Below are positions 29,370-39,162 of a stretch of DNA of 64,000 nucleotides, piece after piece. This stretch comes from Cyanobacteria bacterium auto_48_18 (GTDB lineage: Bacteria > Cyanobacteriota > Vampirovibrionia > Obscuribacterales > Obscuribacteraceae), in NCBI GenBank assembly GCA_036170915.1, contig JAVHQC010000025.1:84155-148154 (forward strand), read 5' to 3'. Made by a program: the position numbers and the translations under genes. Each line of letters begins with the position of its first letter. Position 1 is the first letter of the stretch. The notes under the pieces were generated by a model. It was given only the letters and a program-made list of their open reading frames with translations, was not told where the DNA came from and ran no database searches.

Positions 29370-29735
29370 CTAGATGCGGGAGAAATACTGCATAAGATCG
29401 CCGCGAGAAATTCCGGCAATATCGTTACGAGAAATGCCTAGCGGATTAGGCCCGTCATGATCGTCATATGCACAGCTAATGCGATCCAAATTTTTCAGCA
29501 AGAAACGAACGTAGTTTTGCTGCCGCTGATCAAGATTGCAATGCTCAATGGCAAATTCAAGTTCTGTTTGCGAAAGAAAACGATTGCCGTCTACGTCGAT
29601 AGCGTCGAAAGTTGCAAGGGCAAAATGCTTTATTTCTGCGAGCAAATCATTGATGCTAATGCCGTCGCAGATAGCCGGCCGCGGCCAAAAGTCACGCATT
29701 TCTTTAACGCTGGGCATACTTTCTTGTGATCGCAT
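29370..29735 (-). CDS. Small EF-hand-containing protein
   Basis: Canonical loop DVDGNRFLSQTE. Start may be ATG 29717. Confidence 0.65.
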   Translation of the reverse strand: MRSQESMPSVKEMRDFWPRPAICDGISINDLLAEIKHFALATFDAIDVDGNRFLSQTELEFAIEHCNLDQRQQNYVRFLLKNLDRISCAYDDHDGPNPLGISRNDIAGISRGDLMQYFSRI

Positions 29736-29747
29736 ATCAGTATTTTA

Positions 29748-31697
29748 TCACTGAGCCTTGAGCAACTGTTCACTGAGAGATTGCGCCACTCTTGCCTCAT
29801 CTTCGCTAAGGTTACCAGAAGCAGCCAGCGCAGCCAGACGAGACTGCAGGTCAAGCAAAAATTGGCGGTCGTAGGCATTGTGAGCGCCAATTGCACTGGC
29901 TTCAGCTTTTCGGTAGTGCACTAAGGCCTCACTATGATTGCCTCGACCTTCGGCTAGACCACCCTCGATAATTTCTAAAGGCAAGGTATAAGCACCAAGT
30001 GCCGACATATTTTTTATGCTCTGCGCCCTCTTCATGAGAAATGCGGTCTGATCATATTTTTTCAAAGCCAAGCTAATCAGTGCCGCTTGCAACAGCACTT
30101 CTTGATTGAAAGGCTGCCGACTGAGAGCCTTATGGATGTGCTCGTCTGCCTCTGCATATTGCTTAGCAGCAAAAAGAATGCGTGCTCGAGTCATGAGAAA
30201 AAAGGTTATGTCTTCGCCCTGGTGAAAAGTTTGAGGATCGGACGAATAACGCGCTAATTCTGACTCAGCGCCGGCCAGGTCACCGGCTAGAAGTTTGGCC
30301 TGCGCCATTAAACACCGGGCTTTAAAAATATACTGAGGATTTTGTGTGCCGCTTATCCCTTCACTAAGTAACAAGCGCGCCTTTTTCTGAGCCAGCTTGT
30401 AATTGCCTGAGTACAAATCCAGCTCTGCTTTTTCCAGCAAGACAAGACCGTCCTCGGGGGCTAGTTTGGCCGCGTGCTCCAGCAGTTCTTCAGCGGCCTT
30501 GAACTTGCGCTGGTAGAAATAAACTCGCACAATATTCAATCTCGGCTCGACAAAATCACGCTTGAGAAATATGGCTCTTTGCCAATCGCGCTCTGCTGTG
30601 CTGAAATCGCTCTGGTCTTGCTCGGCTAGACGAAATTCAGCCTGCCCCAAACCATTCCAGCCCGCAGCAAAAGTAGGCTCAAGTTTGACTGACCACTGAT
30701 AGTAATCGCGCGCCAATTCAAAATGACCCTGCGCTGCTGCTTTGCCTGCGCTGTTGAAACAATAATAGACCATGGCCTTGCGACCAAGAAAAATCAGAAG
30801 ACTAAAAAGGACAATGGTGCCAACTAGAATTTTTTGTTTATCAAGCCACTGATACGTGCGTTTGACGCGACGCCAGTCTTCAACGTTGCGGCTGGCAATT
30901 GCAGTGTCACTGTCAATAATATTTCTAGTATCACTTGTAGTGGCAAGAACGGCGTAACTATTATCGAGACTCTCAGGCAAAGCTGTGGTTGGTAAAGCGC
31001 CGCTGCGTTCAAAGACTGTCTTGACCAGCCGATCGAAAGTTTCTTTACTGAAGAAAAATGATGGTACATAGTTAGGAAAGAGCAGCTGCGACAGTAATTT
31101 GTTTTTGATTTCAAAGTGAAAAAGAATAGTCAGGCGACGCGCTGTTTCTTTCAAGGAAAATAGCCTGGTAAAGAAAAAATTGGGCTCCACAGAAACGGCG
31201 CTAATAGATTTCCATGGAACCAAGCGGTCAAAGCGCGAAAGTTTTATTCCTTTATCAGAAACCCATACGCCTCTGCTGACAAAGCGCAATAACTGCGTAA
31301 TAGCCAGAAATCCGAGAAACCAGATGACGGCAGCGATTATCCAGTCTCCCACCACGCGCAAAAAAAGCACGGTGACAGACGTGGCATTAGGTATAAGTGG
31401 AATGACATCAGTGATGGCCAATACAGAGGCGATAAAAACGGACGATCCTGCCGCCAGTTGAGTTAGCGCTTGAGAATCGAAGGCAAAAAGCTCAGAGCCG
31501 AGATCCGTGTTCACCTCTTGGCCAGGTGATTTTGAATTTTTCAAGTAATTTTGTGGTACGTCTTCTGCAATTTCTTTGGCAATTTTTCTTGCAACTTTTC
31601 TTCCGACATGGGTGCTGTCTATCTTAGACCCTGCTTGGCTTTCCACACTCCATGTAACGAATCTAAAAAGTTGGACAAAAACATTAGACCATGACAT
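29748..31697 (-). CDS. Membrane protein with a PH-like segment and C-terminal TPRs
   Basis: Two N-terminal TMs, GVWVSDKGIKL...VPWKSI segment, third TM, then TPRs (AAGWNGLGQAEF). Confidence 0.75.
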   Translation of the reverse strand: MSWSNVFVQLFRFVTWSVESQAGSKIDSTHVGRKVARKIAKEIAEDVPQNYLKNSKSPGQEVNTDLGSELFAFDSQALTQLAAGSSVFIASVLAITDVIPLIPNATSVTVLFLRVVGDWIIAAVIWFLGFLAITQLLRFVSRGVWVSDKGIKLSRFDRLVPWKSISAVSVEPNFFFTRLFSLKETARRLTILFHFEIKNKLLSQLLFPNYVPSFFFSKETFDRLVKTVFERSGALPTTALPESLDNSYAVLATTSDTRNIIDSDTAIASRNVEDWRRVKRTYQWLDKQKILVGTIVLFSLLIFLGRKAMVYYCFNSAGKAAAQGHFELARDYYQWSVKLEPTFAAGWNGLGQAEFRLAEQDQSDFSTAERDWQRAIFLKRDFVEPRLNIVRVYFYQRKFKAAEELLEHAAKLAPEDGLVLLEKAELDLYSGNYKLAQKKARLLLSEGISGTQNPQYIFKARCLMAQAKLLAGDLAGAESELARYSSDPQTFHQGEDITFFLMTRARILFAAKQYAEADEHIHKALSRQPFNQEVLLQAALISLALKKYDQTAFLMKRAQSIKNMSALGAYTLPLEIIEGGLAEGRGNHSEALVHYRKAEASAIGAHNAYDRQFLLDLQSRLAALAASGNLSEDEARVAQSLSEQLLKAQ

Positions 31698-31748
31698 ATT
31701 GAACAAGGGTTAATATTAACCGTGACGAATGCATGCGAGGTATGTCCT

Positions 31749-32423
31749 TTGAAAATCCTGATCATTGAAGACGACGTGAATATCGCGCGTCTCATCGAAC
31801 TTGAGCTCGGCTATGAAGGTTATCAAGTTTCCGTGGCTCACGATGGCAATCAAGGTCTTGATCTTTTCAAGAAAGACCAGCCCGAACTGGTTCTTCTCGA
31901 CGTCATGCTCCCTGGCCTCGACGGGATTGAAGTTTGTAAGCGCTTGCGCTCAATGTCCAAAGTTCCAGTGATCATGCTCACCGCCAAAGACGGCGTGCAA
32001 GACAGAGTAAGCGGACTCGATAGCGGCGCAGACGATTATCTGACTAAGCCATTTGCTACTGAAGAACTACTGGCCAGAATTAGAGCCGTAATGCGGAGAA
32101 AACCAGCGGAAGGCATTCTTACATATGCCGATCTGTGGATGGATCAACTTAATCGAGTAGTCAAAAGAGGCGAACGCCAGCTCGATTTGAGAGCTAAAGA
32201 GTTCGATCTGTTGAGATTGTTCATGCAGTATCCAGAACAAGTGCTTTCCCGTGAGTTCATTTTCGACAAAGTCTGGGGCTATGACTTTATCGGCGAATCA
32301 AACGTAATTGAAGTCTATATTCGATATTTGCGTTCTAAGCTTGAAGACGCCACTTCTAAGCGCTTGATTCAGACTGTCAGAGGTGAAGGCTACGTCTTGA
32401 GAGAAGAAGAGCCTTCAAGATAA
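31749..32423 (+). CDS. OmpR/PhoB-family response regulator (MprA-like), no adjacent kinase
   Basis: IIEDD, LLDVMLPGLDG, MLTA, DDYLTKPF; wHTH with IQTVRGEGY. GAGG precedes TTG 31749. Confidence 0.93.
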   Translation: MKILIIEDDVNIARLIELELGYEGYQVSVAHDGNQGLDLFKKDQPELVLLDVMLPGLDGIEVCKRLRSMSKVPVIMLTAKDGVQDRVSGLDSGADDYLTKPFATEELLARIRAVMRRKPAEGILTYADLWMDQLNRVVKRGERQLDLRAKEFDLLRLFMQYPEQVLSREFIFDKVWGYDFIGESNVIEVYIRYLRSKLEDATSKRLIQTVRGEGYVLREEEPSR

Positions 32424-32426
32424 AAC

Positions 32427-32455
32427 ACAGAGAAATTTGGGCAAGAAATCTCTGC
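32427..32455. repeat. Dispersed intergenic palindrome, copy 3 (degenerate)
   Basis: AAAACACAGAGAAATTT-GGGC-AAGAAATCTCTGCAGTTTT immediately after the response-regulator stop codon. Confidence 0.7.
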
Positions 32456-32476
32456 AGTTTTGCAAAGTAGTTTGAG

Positions 32477-32507
32477 AAGGCCGTGTCCAATGGATACGGC
32501 CTTTTTT
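32477..32507 (+). terminator. Intrinsic terminator
   Basis: AAGGCCGTGTCCA-A-TGGATACGGCCTTTTTT. Confidence 0.85.
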
Positions 32508-32533
32508 CTATCAATCAATCTATATATGTATAA

Positions 32534-33049
32534 CTAAATACCGTCGGATAATTTCTCCACGGGTGGGCTAAGCAAAAGCTTCAGCCGCGCTTGCAAATCT
32601 GGAGCCAGCATTTGCAAAGTTTTCAGTGATCGGCAGCGGACATAAGGATTGTCATCGTGTGCCAGAGCCACAAGAATGGCTTCAGGCATATGAGGGCTCT
32701 CAGCAACGCCGTAACGCACATCAACGTTTTCGTCTCTGGCAAGCAACGCAAGAATCTCGGCAGGACTATTCTTATTCTCTGCTACGGCCATTCTTACTTC
32801 CGAATCAGGGTCAAAGACCAGCTTTTTTAAAACCTCTATTGGCGTGCGCGGGTTTTCAGCCACCGCTCGACGTATGGAAACGTTGGCGTCTTCTGCCAAT
32901 CGCAGTAAAACTTGCCTTGGAGTATTAGGATTGCCGGCCACCACTCGCCTTACCTGCAGGATTTCAAAGTCCAGCTCCAGACCGTCATTTGTGGTTTGTG
33001 CCGAGGTCGCCTGGTTTTCCTGAGATAAATCGAGCTTTTCTTTGCGCAT
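32534..33049 (-). CDS. LRV/HEAT-repeat protein
   Basis: Tandem repeats VRRVVAGNPNTP, IRRAVAENPRTP, VRMAVAENKNSP, VRYGVAESPHMP. Confidence 0.82.
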   Translation of the reverse strand: MRKEKLDLSQENQATSAQTTNDGLELDFEILQVRRVVAGNPNTPRQVLLRLAEDANVSIRRAVAENPRTPIEVLKKLVFDPDSEVRMAVAENKNSPAEILALLARDENVDVRYGVAESPHMPEAILVALAHDDNPYVRCRSLKTLQMLAPDLQARLKLLLSPPVEKLSDGI

Positions 33050-33441
33050 ATTGATGCTCCATGGGCGTCTGAGTCTTTATTATGCCCGTTGTCAAGAACT
33101 GTTAACCAGTCTCCATAGAGCATAAGAGCCAACACAGCCAGTTGCGGCAGCAGTGCAATTAGGTAATGATTTGTTAAGGGCGTTTGTAACAGAAATCAGA
33201 GCGGATTCGGGCTATCCCCGACGCCTTAAGGGTTTTTCCCCTGATTATTAGCAAGTTTTGCGTGAAGCCCCCATCTAAGCGAAAAAAAGGCTGACAGATT
33301 GCGGGTTTTACGGCTTGTAAAAAAAGATGTCGTAACGTTATGATAACTGGCATATAGTTTAGGTATCTCTCAGGTTCGCTGCCAAGGAATTACCCGAATG
33401 GCGTTTCGCTTCAGCAACCATTGTCAAGACCAGGTGGCATC

Positions 33442-33732
33442 ATGAATACATTACAGACACGGTACAAACCAACCTATTCAGGGCCAATGACCTCAGACGG
33501 CATTGAGCATCTTCTATCAGTGGCAGAAAACGGCAATTTTGTTCTCAGCTTGCCGCCCACTCTAAAAGACTATCAGCAAGAACTCGAGCGCTTGCTCGGT
33601 AAGTGCTTTAGTGGCAAAGCCACATCAGCAGACAGCCTGGCTCTAGCTCGCCAGATGTCTATCAACTGGTGCCTTTCGAAATGCAAACAAACAGGCCAGT
33701 CTGTCGACCAGTGCTTGAGCGAACTTTCTTAA
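33442..33732 (+). CDS. Small hypothetical protein
   Basis: ATG 33442 preceded by AGGTGG; followed by a terminator. Confidence 0.6.
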   Translation: MNTLQTRYKPTYSGPMTSDGIEHLLSVAENGNFVLSLPPTLKDYQQELERLLGKCFSGKATSADSLALARQMSINWCLSKCKQTGQSVDQCLSELS

Positions 33733-33768
33733 TCAGCCGCCAAATTTTGGCTGACTTACTATCAATTG

Positions 33769-33804
33769 AAAAAGTCGCAGTGTTACGCTGCGACTTTTCT
33801 TTTT
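33769..33804. terminator. Bidirectional intrinsic terminator between the small gene and gyrA
   Basis: AAAAGTCGCAG-TGTTACG-CTGCGACTTTT with A/T runs on both sides. Confidence 0.85.
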
Positions 33805-33824
33805 GACCATATCTATTGAGCTAC

Positions 33825-36359
33825 TTAGGTGGTGGCTTCTCCGCCTTCAGTATCTTTTTCATCTTCAAGAGACGACTCGAGAATTGGAGTGACTGAAACA
33901 ACCACATCGTCCTCGCCCACTTGCTGCATTCTCACGCCTGTGGCCATACGTCCTTGAATGCTGATGGCATCGGCTTGCTGACGCACCACTACACCATTGG
34001 CAGTGGCAATGATCATCTCGTCGCCTGGTCTGACTACCCGCAAGCTTGCCAGACGTGAACTGGCATTTTTGAACTTGGTGCCGATCAGGCCGATGCCGCC
34101 GCGGCCCTGCTGTCTGAATTCTTCTAACCTGATACGTTTGCCGAAGCCATCATTGGTGACAACGAGCAAGTATGTATCATCGAATGTTTCCAGAGCGTCG
34201 AATCCTACAATGCGATCACCTTCGCGCAGAGTAATTGCTCTGACACCACGGGCGGAGCGCCCGAGCGGCCGCAATTCTTCTTCGCTGTAGCGGATGCACA
34301 TACCATCCCCGGTGCCGATGATAATATCGCTCTTGCCTTGAGATGGTCTTACCCAGCCAAGTTCATCACCCTCATTAAGCGTAATGGCAATAATGCCACT
34401 CTTTCTAATGTTGGCAAATTCAGACATCTGCACTTTCTTGATGTATGCCTGGTGAGTAAGCATAATCAAATAGCTGTCAGGATCAAAGCTGGAAACAGGA
34501 ATAACTGTTGTCACAGTTTCGTCTGGACGAATTTGCAGCAGGTTTACGAGAGCAAGACCACGAGCGGTGCGACCACCTTCTGGAACGTCCATCACTTCAA
34601 GCGGATAAATCTGGCCGCGGTTGGTGAAGACCAACAATCTGTCATGCATGCTGGCGGCAAAGAAATGCTGCAGGTCATCTTCGTCTCTAGTTTTTACACC
34701 TGAAACACCGCGAGTATTGCGGCGCTGTTTGCGGAAGCTGTCGAGCGAAATGCGCTTGATGTAATCTTGCTTGGTGATGAACACAGCCATAGGTTCGTTT
34801 GGCGTCAGGTCTTTCGACGAGAGTTCGCTTTCTGAGCCGCTGGCTTCAATCACTGTGCGCCGAGAATCTTTCTGACCATTAGCATCTTTGTAATTGTCGC
34901 GAATTTCAATCAATTCTTTTTTGATGATTTCATCGACCAGTTTGCGATCAGAGAGAATGCGCTTGTATTCAGCGATTTTCTCCAACAGTTCAGCATGTTC
35001 TTTTTCAACTTTGGCGCGTTCTAAACCGGTCAAGCGACGCAACTGCATCTCTAAAATAGATGAAGCTTGAGCTTCTGACAGTTCGAACTTGGTCATCAAC
35101 TGTTGTTTAGCTTGATCAGTTGAATCAGCGGCACGAATGAGACGAATGACTTCGTCGATATTGCTCATTGCTTTGAGCAAGCCTTCGAGGATGTGCGCGC
35201 GATCTTCGGCTTTGCGTAAGAAGTAGCGCGTGCGCCTTGTGATCACGTCAACACGGTGATCAATAAATTCTGAAATCATGTCGGCCAAACACAAAGTCAC
35301 TGGTTTGTTTTTAACCAGGGCCAGGGTGTTGACTGGGAATGAACCTTGCAACTGGGTGAATTTATAAACGTTGTTCAACACCACCTGGGCATTGGCGTCA
35401 CGCTTGAGTTCAATCACGACCCGCATACCAGAGCGATCGGTCTCATCGTTGACGTCAGAGATGCCGGTCAATTTTTCATCACGCACCAGTTCAGCCACAC
35501 GCTTGGTGAATGCTTCAGGCCCAACCATATAAGGAAGAGCGGTGACCACAATGCCCATTTTCGGTTGGCGGCCGCCAGATGAACTCAATTGTTCGATTGT
35601 CGCTGTGCCGCGTGTAGGAATAGAGCCGCGACCGGTGGTGAAAGCTTCAACAATGCCGTCTGTGCCTAAGATGCTACCGCCGCCGGGAAAATCTGGCCCC
35701 TTAATCCACTGCATCAAAGCGCGCGAATCGAGTTCAGGATCATCAATTTTAGCGATGGTGCCGTTCACAACTTCAGTTAAATTGTGAGGAGGAATATTTG
35801 TGGCCATACCAACTGCAATACCAGACGATCCGTTGAGCAAAAGCACCGGAACTCGCGACGGCAACACAGTTGGTTCTTTCAACGATTCGTCGAAATTGGG
35901 CCGGGTATCGATTGTTTCGGCTTCAATGTCAGCCAGCGTGTCCATTGCCAGTGGATGCAATTTACACTCGGTATAACGCATGGCAGCTGGTGGATTATCG
36001 AGGTCGCCGAAGTTACCGTGACCATTGATGAGCACATAACGGCTGGCAGACGGTTGCGCCATGCGCACCAGCGCTTCGTAAATCGATGAGTCGCCGTGCG
36101 GGTGATATTTACCCATAACGTCGCCCACTACCCGGGCTGATTTCTTGAACTTCTCGTTAGGTGCTAGGCCCAGCTCATACATGCCATAAATAATCCTTCT
36201 GTGAACTGGTTTTAAACCATCTCTCACATCAGGAATGGCTCGGCTGACAATGACTGACATGGCATAGTCGATAAACGACTTTTTCATCTCATCGCGCAGT
36301 TCCACCGAAACAATTCGCTGTCCGCCAGTACCACCGGTACCGCCTGTAGATTCAACCAC
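33825..36359 (-). CDS. gyrA: DNA gyrase subunit A
   Basis: [23 protein letters not shown], active-site AAMRYTE and C-terminal beta-pinwheel repeats. Confidence 0.95.
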   Translation of the reverse strand: MVESTGGTGGTGGQRIVSVELRDEMKKSFIDYAMSVIVSRAIPDVRDGLKPVHRRIIYGMYELGLAPNEKFKKSARVVGDVMGKYHPHGDSSIYEALVRMAQPSASRYVLINGHGNFGDLDNPPAAMRYTECKLHPLAMDTLADIEAETIDTRPNFDESLKEPTVLPSRVPVLLLNGSSGIAVGMATNIPPHNLTEVVNGTIAKIDDPELDSRALMQWIKGPDFPGGGSILGTDGIVEAFTTGRGSIPTRGTATIEQLSSSGGRQPKMGIVVTALPYMVGPEAFTKRVAELVRDEKLTGISDVNDETDRSGMRVVIELKRDANAQVVLNNVYKFTQLQGSFPVNTLALVKNKPVTLCLADMISEFIDHRVDVITRRTRYFLRKAEDRAHILEGLLKAMSNIDEVIRLIRAADSTDQAKQQLMTKFELSEAQASSILEMQLRRLTGLERAKVEKEHAELLEKIAEYKRILSDRKLVDEIIKKELIEIRDNYKDANGQKDSRRTVIEASGSESELSSKDLTPNEPMAVFITKQDYIKRISLDSFRKQRRNTRGVSGVKTRDEDDLQHFFAASMHDRLLVFTNRGQIYPLEVMDVPEGGRTARGLALVNLLQIRPDETVTTVIPVSSFDPDSYLIMLTHQAYIKKVQMSEFANIRKSGIIAITLNEGDELGWVRPSQGKSDIIIGTGDGMCIRYSEEELRPLGRSARGVRAITLREGDRIVGFDALETFDDTYLLVVTNDGFGKRIRLEEFRQQGRGGIGLIGTKFKNASSRLASLRVVRPGDEMIIATANGVVVRQQADAISIQGRMATGVRMQQVGEDDVVVSVTPILESSLEDEKDTEGGEATT

Positions 36360-36410
36360 CGAGAACTACCTCTTAATGCCGCCCAACTAAAAATTACATC
36401 TGTTCAAAAC

Positions 36411-36456
36411 CAAATCAATTCAAATAAATTCAATTCAAATCAAATCAATTCAATTC
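36411..36456. repeat. Pentanucleotide tandem repeat (CAAWT), nine units
   Basis: caaat caatt caaat aaatt caatt caaat caaat caatt caatt c, in the gyrA-lysS intergenic region. Confidence 0.9.
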
Positions 36457-36528
36457 GCCTCAATTGGCCTCAGTGGATATATAAAAAATATCCGGCCTGG
36501 CGCTTGATTTGCTCGTTTGCAGAGTCAA

Positions 36529-36537
36529 ATTATAACA
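36529..36537 (-). promoter_or_regulatory. Putative extended -10 (TGnTATAAT) for gyrA
   Basis: Minus strand reads GCGTGTTATAAT about 170 nt upstream of the gyrA start. Confidence 0.55.
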
Positions 36538-36711
36538 CGCAGCCCAAGCTCGCTGATGATGCCAGTTTCAGTAACAAATTTGGGGTATTAGCAGCCACCG
36601 CCGGGGCGCACGCTCACATTGATACTAAAATAGAAAACTAAAATAGATAGCTCAGATCAATTTAGGAATAAGCTCGTGAACAAAGGCACTATTGGGAGCG
36701 ACGAAATCAAG

Positions 36712-38253
36712 ATGTCGGCAGTATCCAACCCCACTCCAGATGACGGTCAAGAAAATTCTGAAAGCGCTGAAGCCAGCAAACTTAAGGCCGATCGCTTGCG
36801 CAAACTTGCCGCCTTCAAAGAGCAGGGCGTCAATCCTTATCCTTACAAATATGTGCGCACTCACAAAGCCGCCCAGTTGCAAGAACAATACAAAGACCTG
36901 GCCGCCGAAGTCGAAACAGAAGACGTGGTGCAGGTTTGTGGCAGAATCATGAACAGCCGCAACAGCTGGATGTTTGTTGATTTATTTGACGACTCGGGAA
37001 AAATTCAACTTTTTTGCCACAAACAAAATTTGTCTGAAGAAAAATTAGCCCAGCTCAAGCTACTTGACAAAGGCGATTATTTGGGCGCCACCGGCACCAT
37101 TCGCCGCACCAAACAAGGTGAGCTTTCAGTTAAGGTAACTGACTGGCAGATTCTCTCCAAATCACTTCTGCCTCTGCCTGATAGCTGGGAAGGATTTAAG
37201 GATGTAGAGGCGCGCTACCGTCACCGTTACGTCGACATGATCATGAACGAAGGCGTGCGCGACAATCTACGCAAACGCTCTTTGATCATTCGTCATATGC
37301 GCAATTTTCTCGATCAGCACGATTATCTTGAAGTAGAAACTCCTACTCTACAAGTTGAAGCTGGTGGCGCTGACGCGCGGCCTTTTATCACGCACCACAA
37401 TACCCTTGGTCTTGACCTTTATTTGCGCATTGCTACAGAGCTGCATTTAAAAAGACTGATCATTGGTGGTATGGAAAAAGTCTATGAGATCGGCCGCATA
37501 TTCCGCAATGAAGGCATGAGCACAAGACACAACCCTGAATTCACTATGCTCGAGATGTACTGCGCTTATGGCGACTACAACGATCTGATGACTTTCACCG
37601 AAAAAATGCTGCGCACCGTAGCTGAAAATACTCTCGGCACTGCCGATTTTCACTATCAAGGGCAAGACATTTCATTTGCTAAACCGTTTCGCAAATTGCG
37701 CATGAACGATGCCATTAAAGAAATTACGGGCCTTGACGTTGCCACTCTTAAAAGCTTCGAAGAAGCTAAACAAGCGGCTCTTGGTCTTGGTGTCAAACTC
37801 GACAAACAAGACAGTCGCGGCAGTGTGATCAACGCAATTTTTGAAGATAAAGTAGAACACACTCTTATTCAACCTACTTTCATCATTGATTATCCGGTAG
37901 AGATTTCTCCATTGACTAAAGCTCACCGCGAACATGAGGGTGAGGTAGAACGTTTTGAGATGTTCGTCTTTGGTCGTGAACTGGCCAATGGTTATTCAGA
38001 GTTGACTGATCCGCACGATCAAAGAGCACGTCTGGAAGAACAAGGGCGCAAAAAAGCGGCCGGTGATGTCGAAGCTATGCCTCTTGATCTAGATTTTATT
38101 ATGGCGATGGAATACGGAATGCCGCCTACCATGGGTATCGGCATCGGTATCGACCGGCTGGTAATGCTGCTGACAGATTCAGCTTCAATTCGCGATGTTA
38201 TTGCTTTCCCTACGATGAAGCCCCTGGGTAAACAGAGGAGCAATGACACATGA
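36712..38253 (+). CDS. lysS: Lysine--tRNA ligase (class II)
   Basis: GGADARPFITHHN, YLRIATELHLKRL, FRNEG, HNPEFTMLE, YGMPPTMGIGIGIDRL. Confidence 0.97.
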   Translation: MSAVSNPTPDDGQENSESAEASKLKADRLRKLAAFKEQGVNPYPYKYVRTHKAAQLQEQYKDLAAEVETEDVVQVCGRIMNSRNSWMFVDLFDDSGKIQLFCHKQNLSEEKLAQLKLLDKGDYLGATGTIRRTKQGELSVKVTDWQILSKSLLPLPDSWEGFKDVEARYRHRYVDMIMNEGVRDNLRKRSLIIRHMRNFLDQHDYLEVETPTLQVEAGGADARPFITHHNTLGLDLYLRIATELHLKRLIIGGMEKVYEIGRIFRNEGMSTRHNPEFTMLEMYCAYGDYNDLMTFTEKMLRTVAENTLGTADFHYQGQDISFAKPFRKLRMNDAIKEITGLDVATLKSFEEAKQAALGLGVKLDKQDSRGSVINAIFEDKVEHTLIQPTFIIDYPVEISPLTKAHREHEGEVERFEMFVFGRELANGYSELTDPHDQRARLEEQGRKKAAGDVEAMPLDLDFIMAMEYGMPPTMGIGIGIDRLVMLLTDSASIRDVIAFPTMKPLGKQRSNDT

Positions 38254-38756
38254 ATATGATCAAAATCTACCTCTACGGGCCAAGCAAAAAAGTGCTACTG
38301 CCCACGGTGGCGGAGACCGAAGCTGGCGTTTTTGTGGAAGGCGAGCCACTACACATTTACGATCACCTGCAAGTTGATTTATGGAAAGGCGAAATTTTTA
38401 AAGCGCTCAATCGCGAGATGCTTACGGTGAAGACTCCAGAAGGCGAGCTCGAGCCCGGATCGCAACTGCTAGAAGCTCTGCATCTAAATTCATGGGCTTC
38501 TTTTGAAAAAGAATCTGTGCTTTTTACCGTGCACAAAGGGGCTCGCTACATTACGATCTATACCACCGGATTTGGTGACGACGGCATGTGGTCGGCGGCG
38601 CAAATGAGCGAACGCAAATTTCATAGCCGTGCACCATTAGAAGTAATTGTCGATGCCATTGCCAAAGAAATTATTTGCCATCCTCAAGCGCATAAAGATA
38701 CCAAACTGGCAGCAGCACCGCTGATGATCGGCATGAGCTCGAGTCAAAATAACTAG
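38250..38756 (+). CDS. Hypothetical protein coupled to lysS
   Basis: ATGA overlap with the lysS stop codon; no recognisable motif. Confidence 0.65.
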   Translation: MNMIKIYLYGPSKKVLLPTVAETEAGVFVEGEPLHIYDHLQVDLWKGEIFKALNREMLTVKTPEGELEPGSQLLEALHLNSWASFEKESVLFTVHKGARYITIYTTGFGDDGMWSAAQMSERKFHSRAPLEVIVDAIAKEIICHPQAHKDTKLAAAPLMIGMSSSQNN

Positions 38757-38797
38757 ACGCCCTCACGCGCGTCGGCGTCGAAGGCGTCTATAAGTTT

Positions 38798-38827
38798 TAA
38801 AAAAATACCTTTAAAGGTATTTTTTTA
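38798..38827. terminator. 30-bp perfect AT-rich palindrome between convergent genes, probably a bidirectional terminator
   Basis: TAAAAAAATACCTTT|AAAGGTATTTTTTTA; a second hairpin TAGACGCC...GGCGTCTA lies at 38754-38790. Confidence 0.65.
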
Positions 38828-39148
38828 CTGACCTGACTCCATAGCAGCGCGTTCTGATTCAACTTTTTCTTCAACGAATGCTCTGACTTTTTCAAACTCT
38901 TCATCAGAGTCAATTGTCTGGAAAACATAATCGTTGCCGCGATGGAAGAAGCGCATGATTACTAGCGTCTGGTCTTCTTCTTCTAATTCTTCTTCAGCGC
39001 CTTCTTCGGCAATTTTCAGAAGAAGAGCGTATTCATTTTCTTCGAAGACGAAACGATCGAGCATTTCGCAATCGTAAGAATGGCCGTCTTCACTTTCGAG
39101 AGTGATTACAGCAATTTCTTGTTCTTCCGAATTAGGGGCTTCTGTCAC
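38825..39148 (-). CDS. DUF1292-family acidic protein
   Basis: ITLESEDG...FVFEENEYALL...FQTIDSDEEFEKV pattern. Confidence 0.75.
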   Translation of the reverse strand: MTEAPNSEEQEIAVITLESEDGHSYDCEMLDRFVFEENEYALLLKIAEEGAEEELEEEDQTLVIMRFFHRGNDYVFQTIDSDEEFEKVRAFVEEKVESERAAMESGQ

Positions 39149-39162
39149 TGTACTTACCTCAA

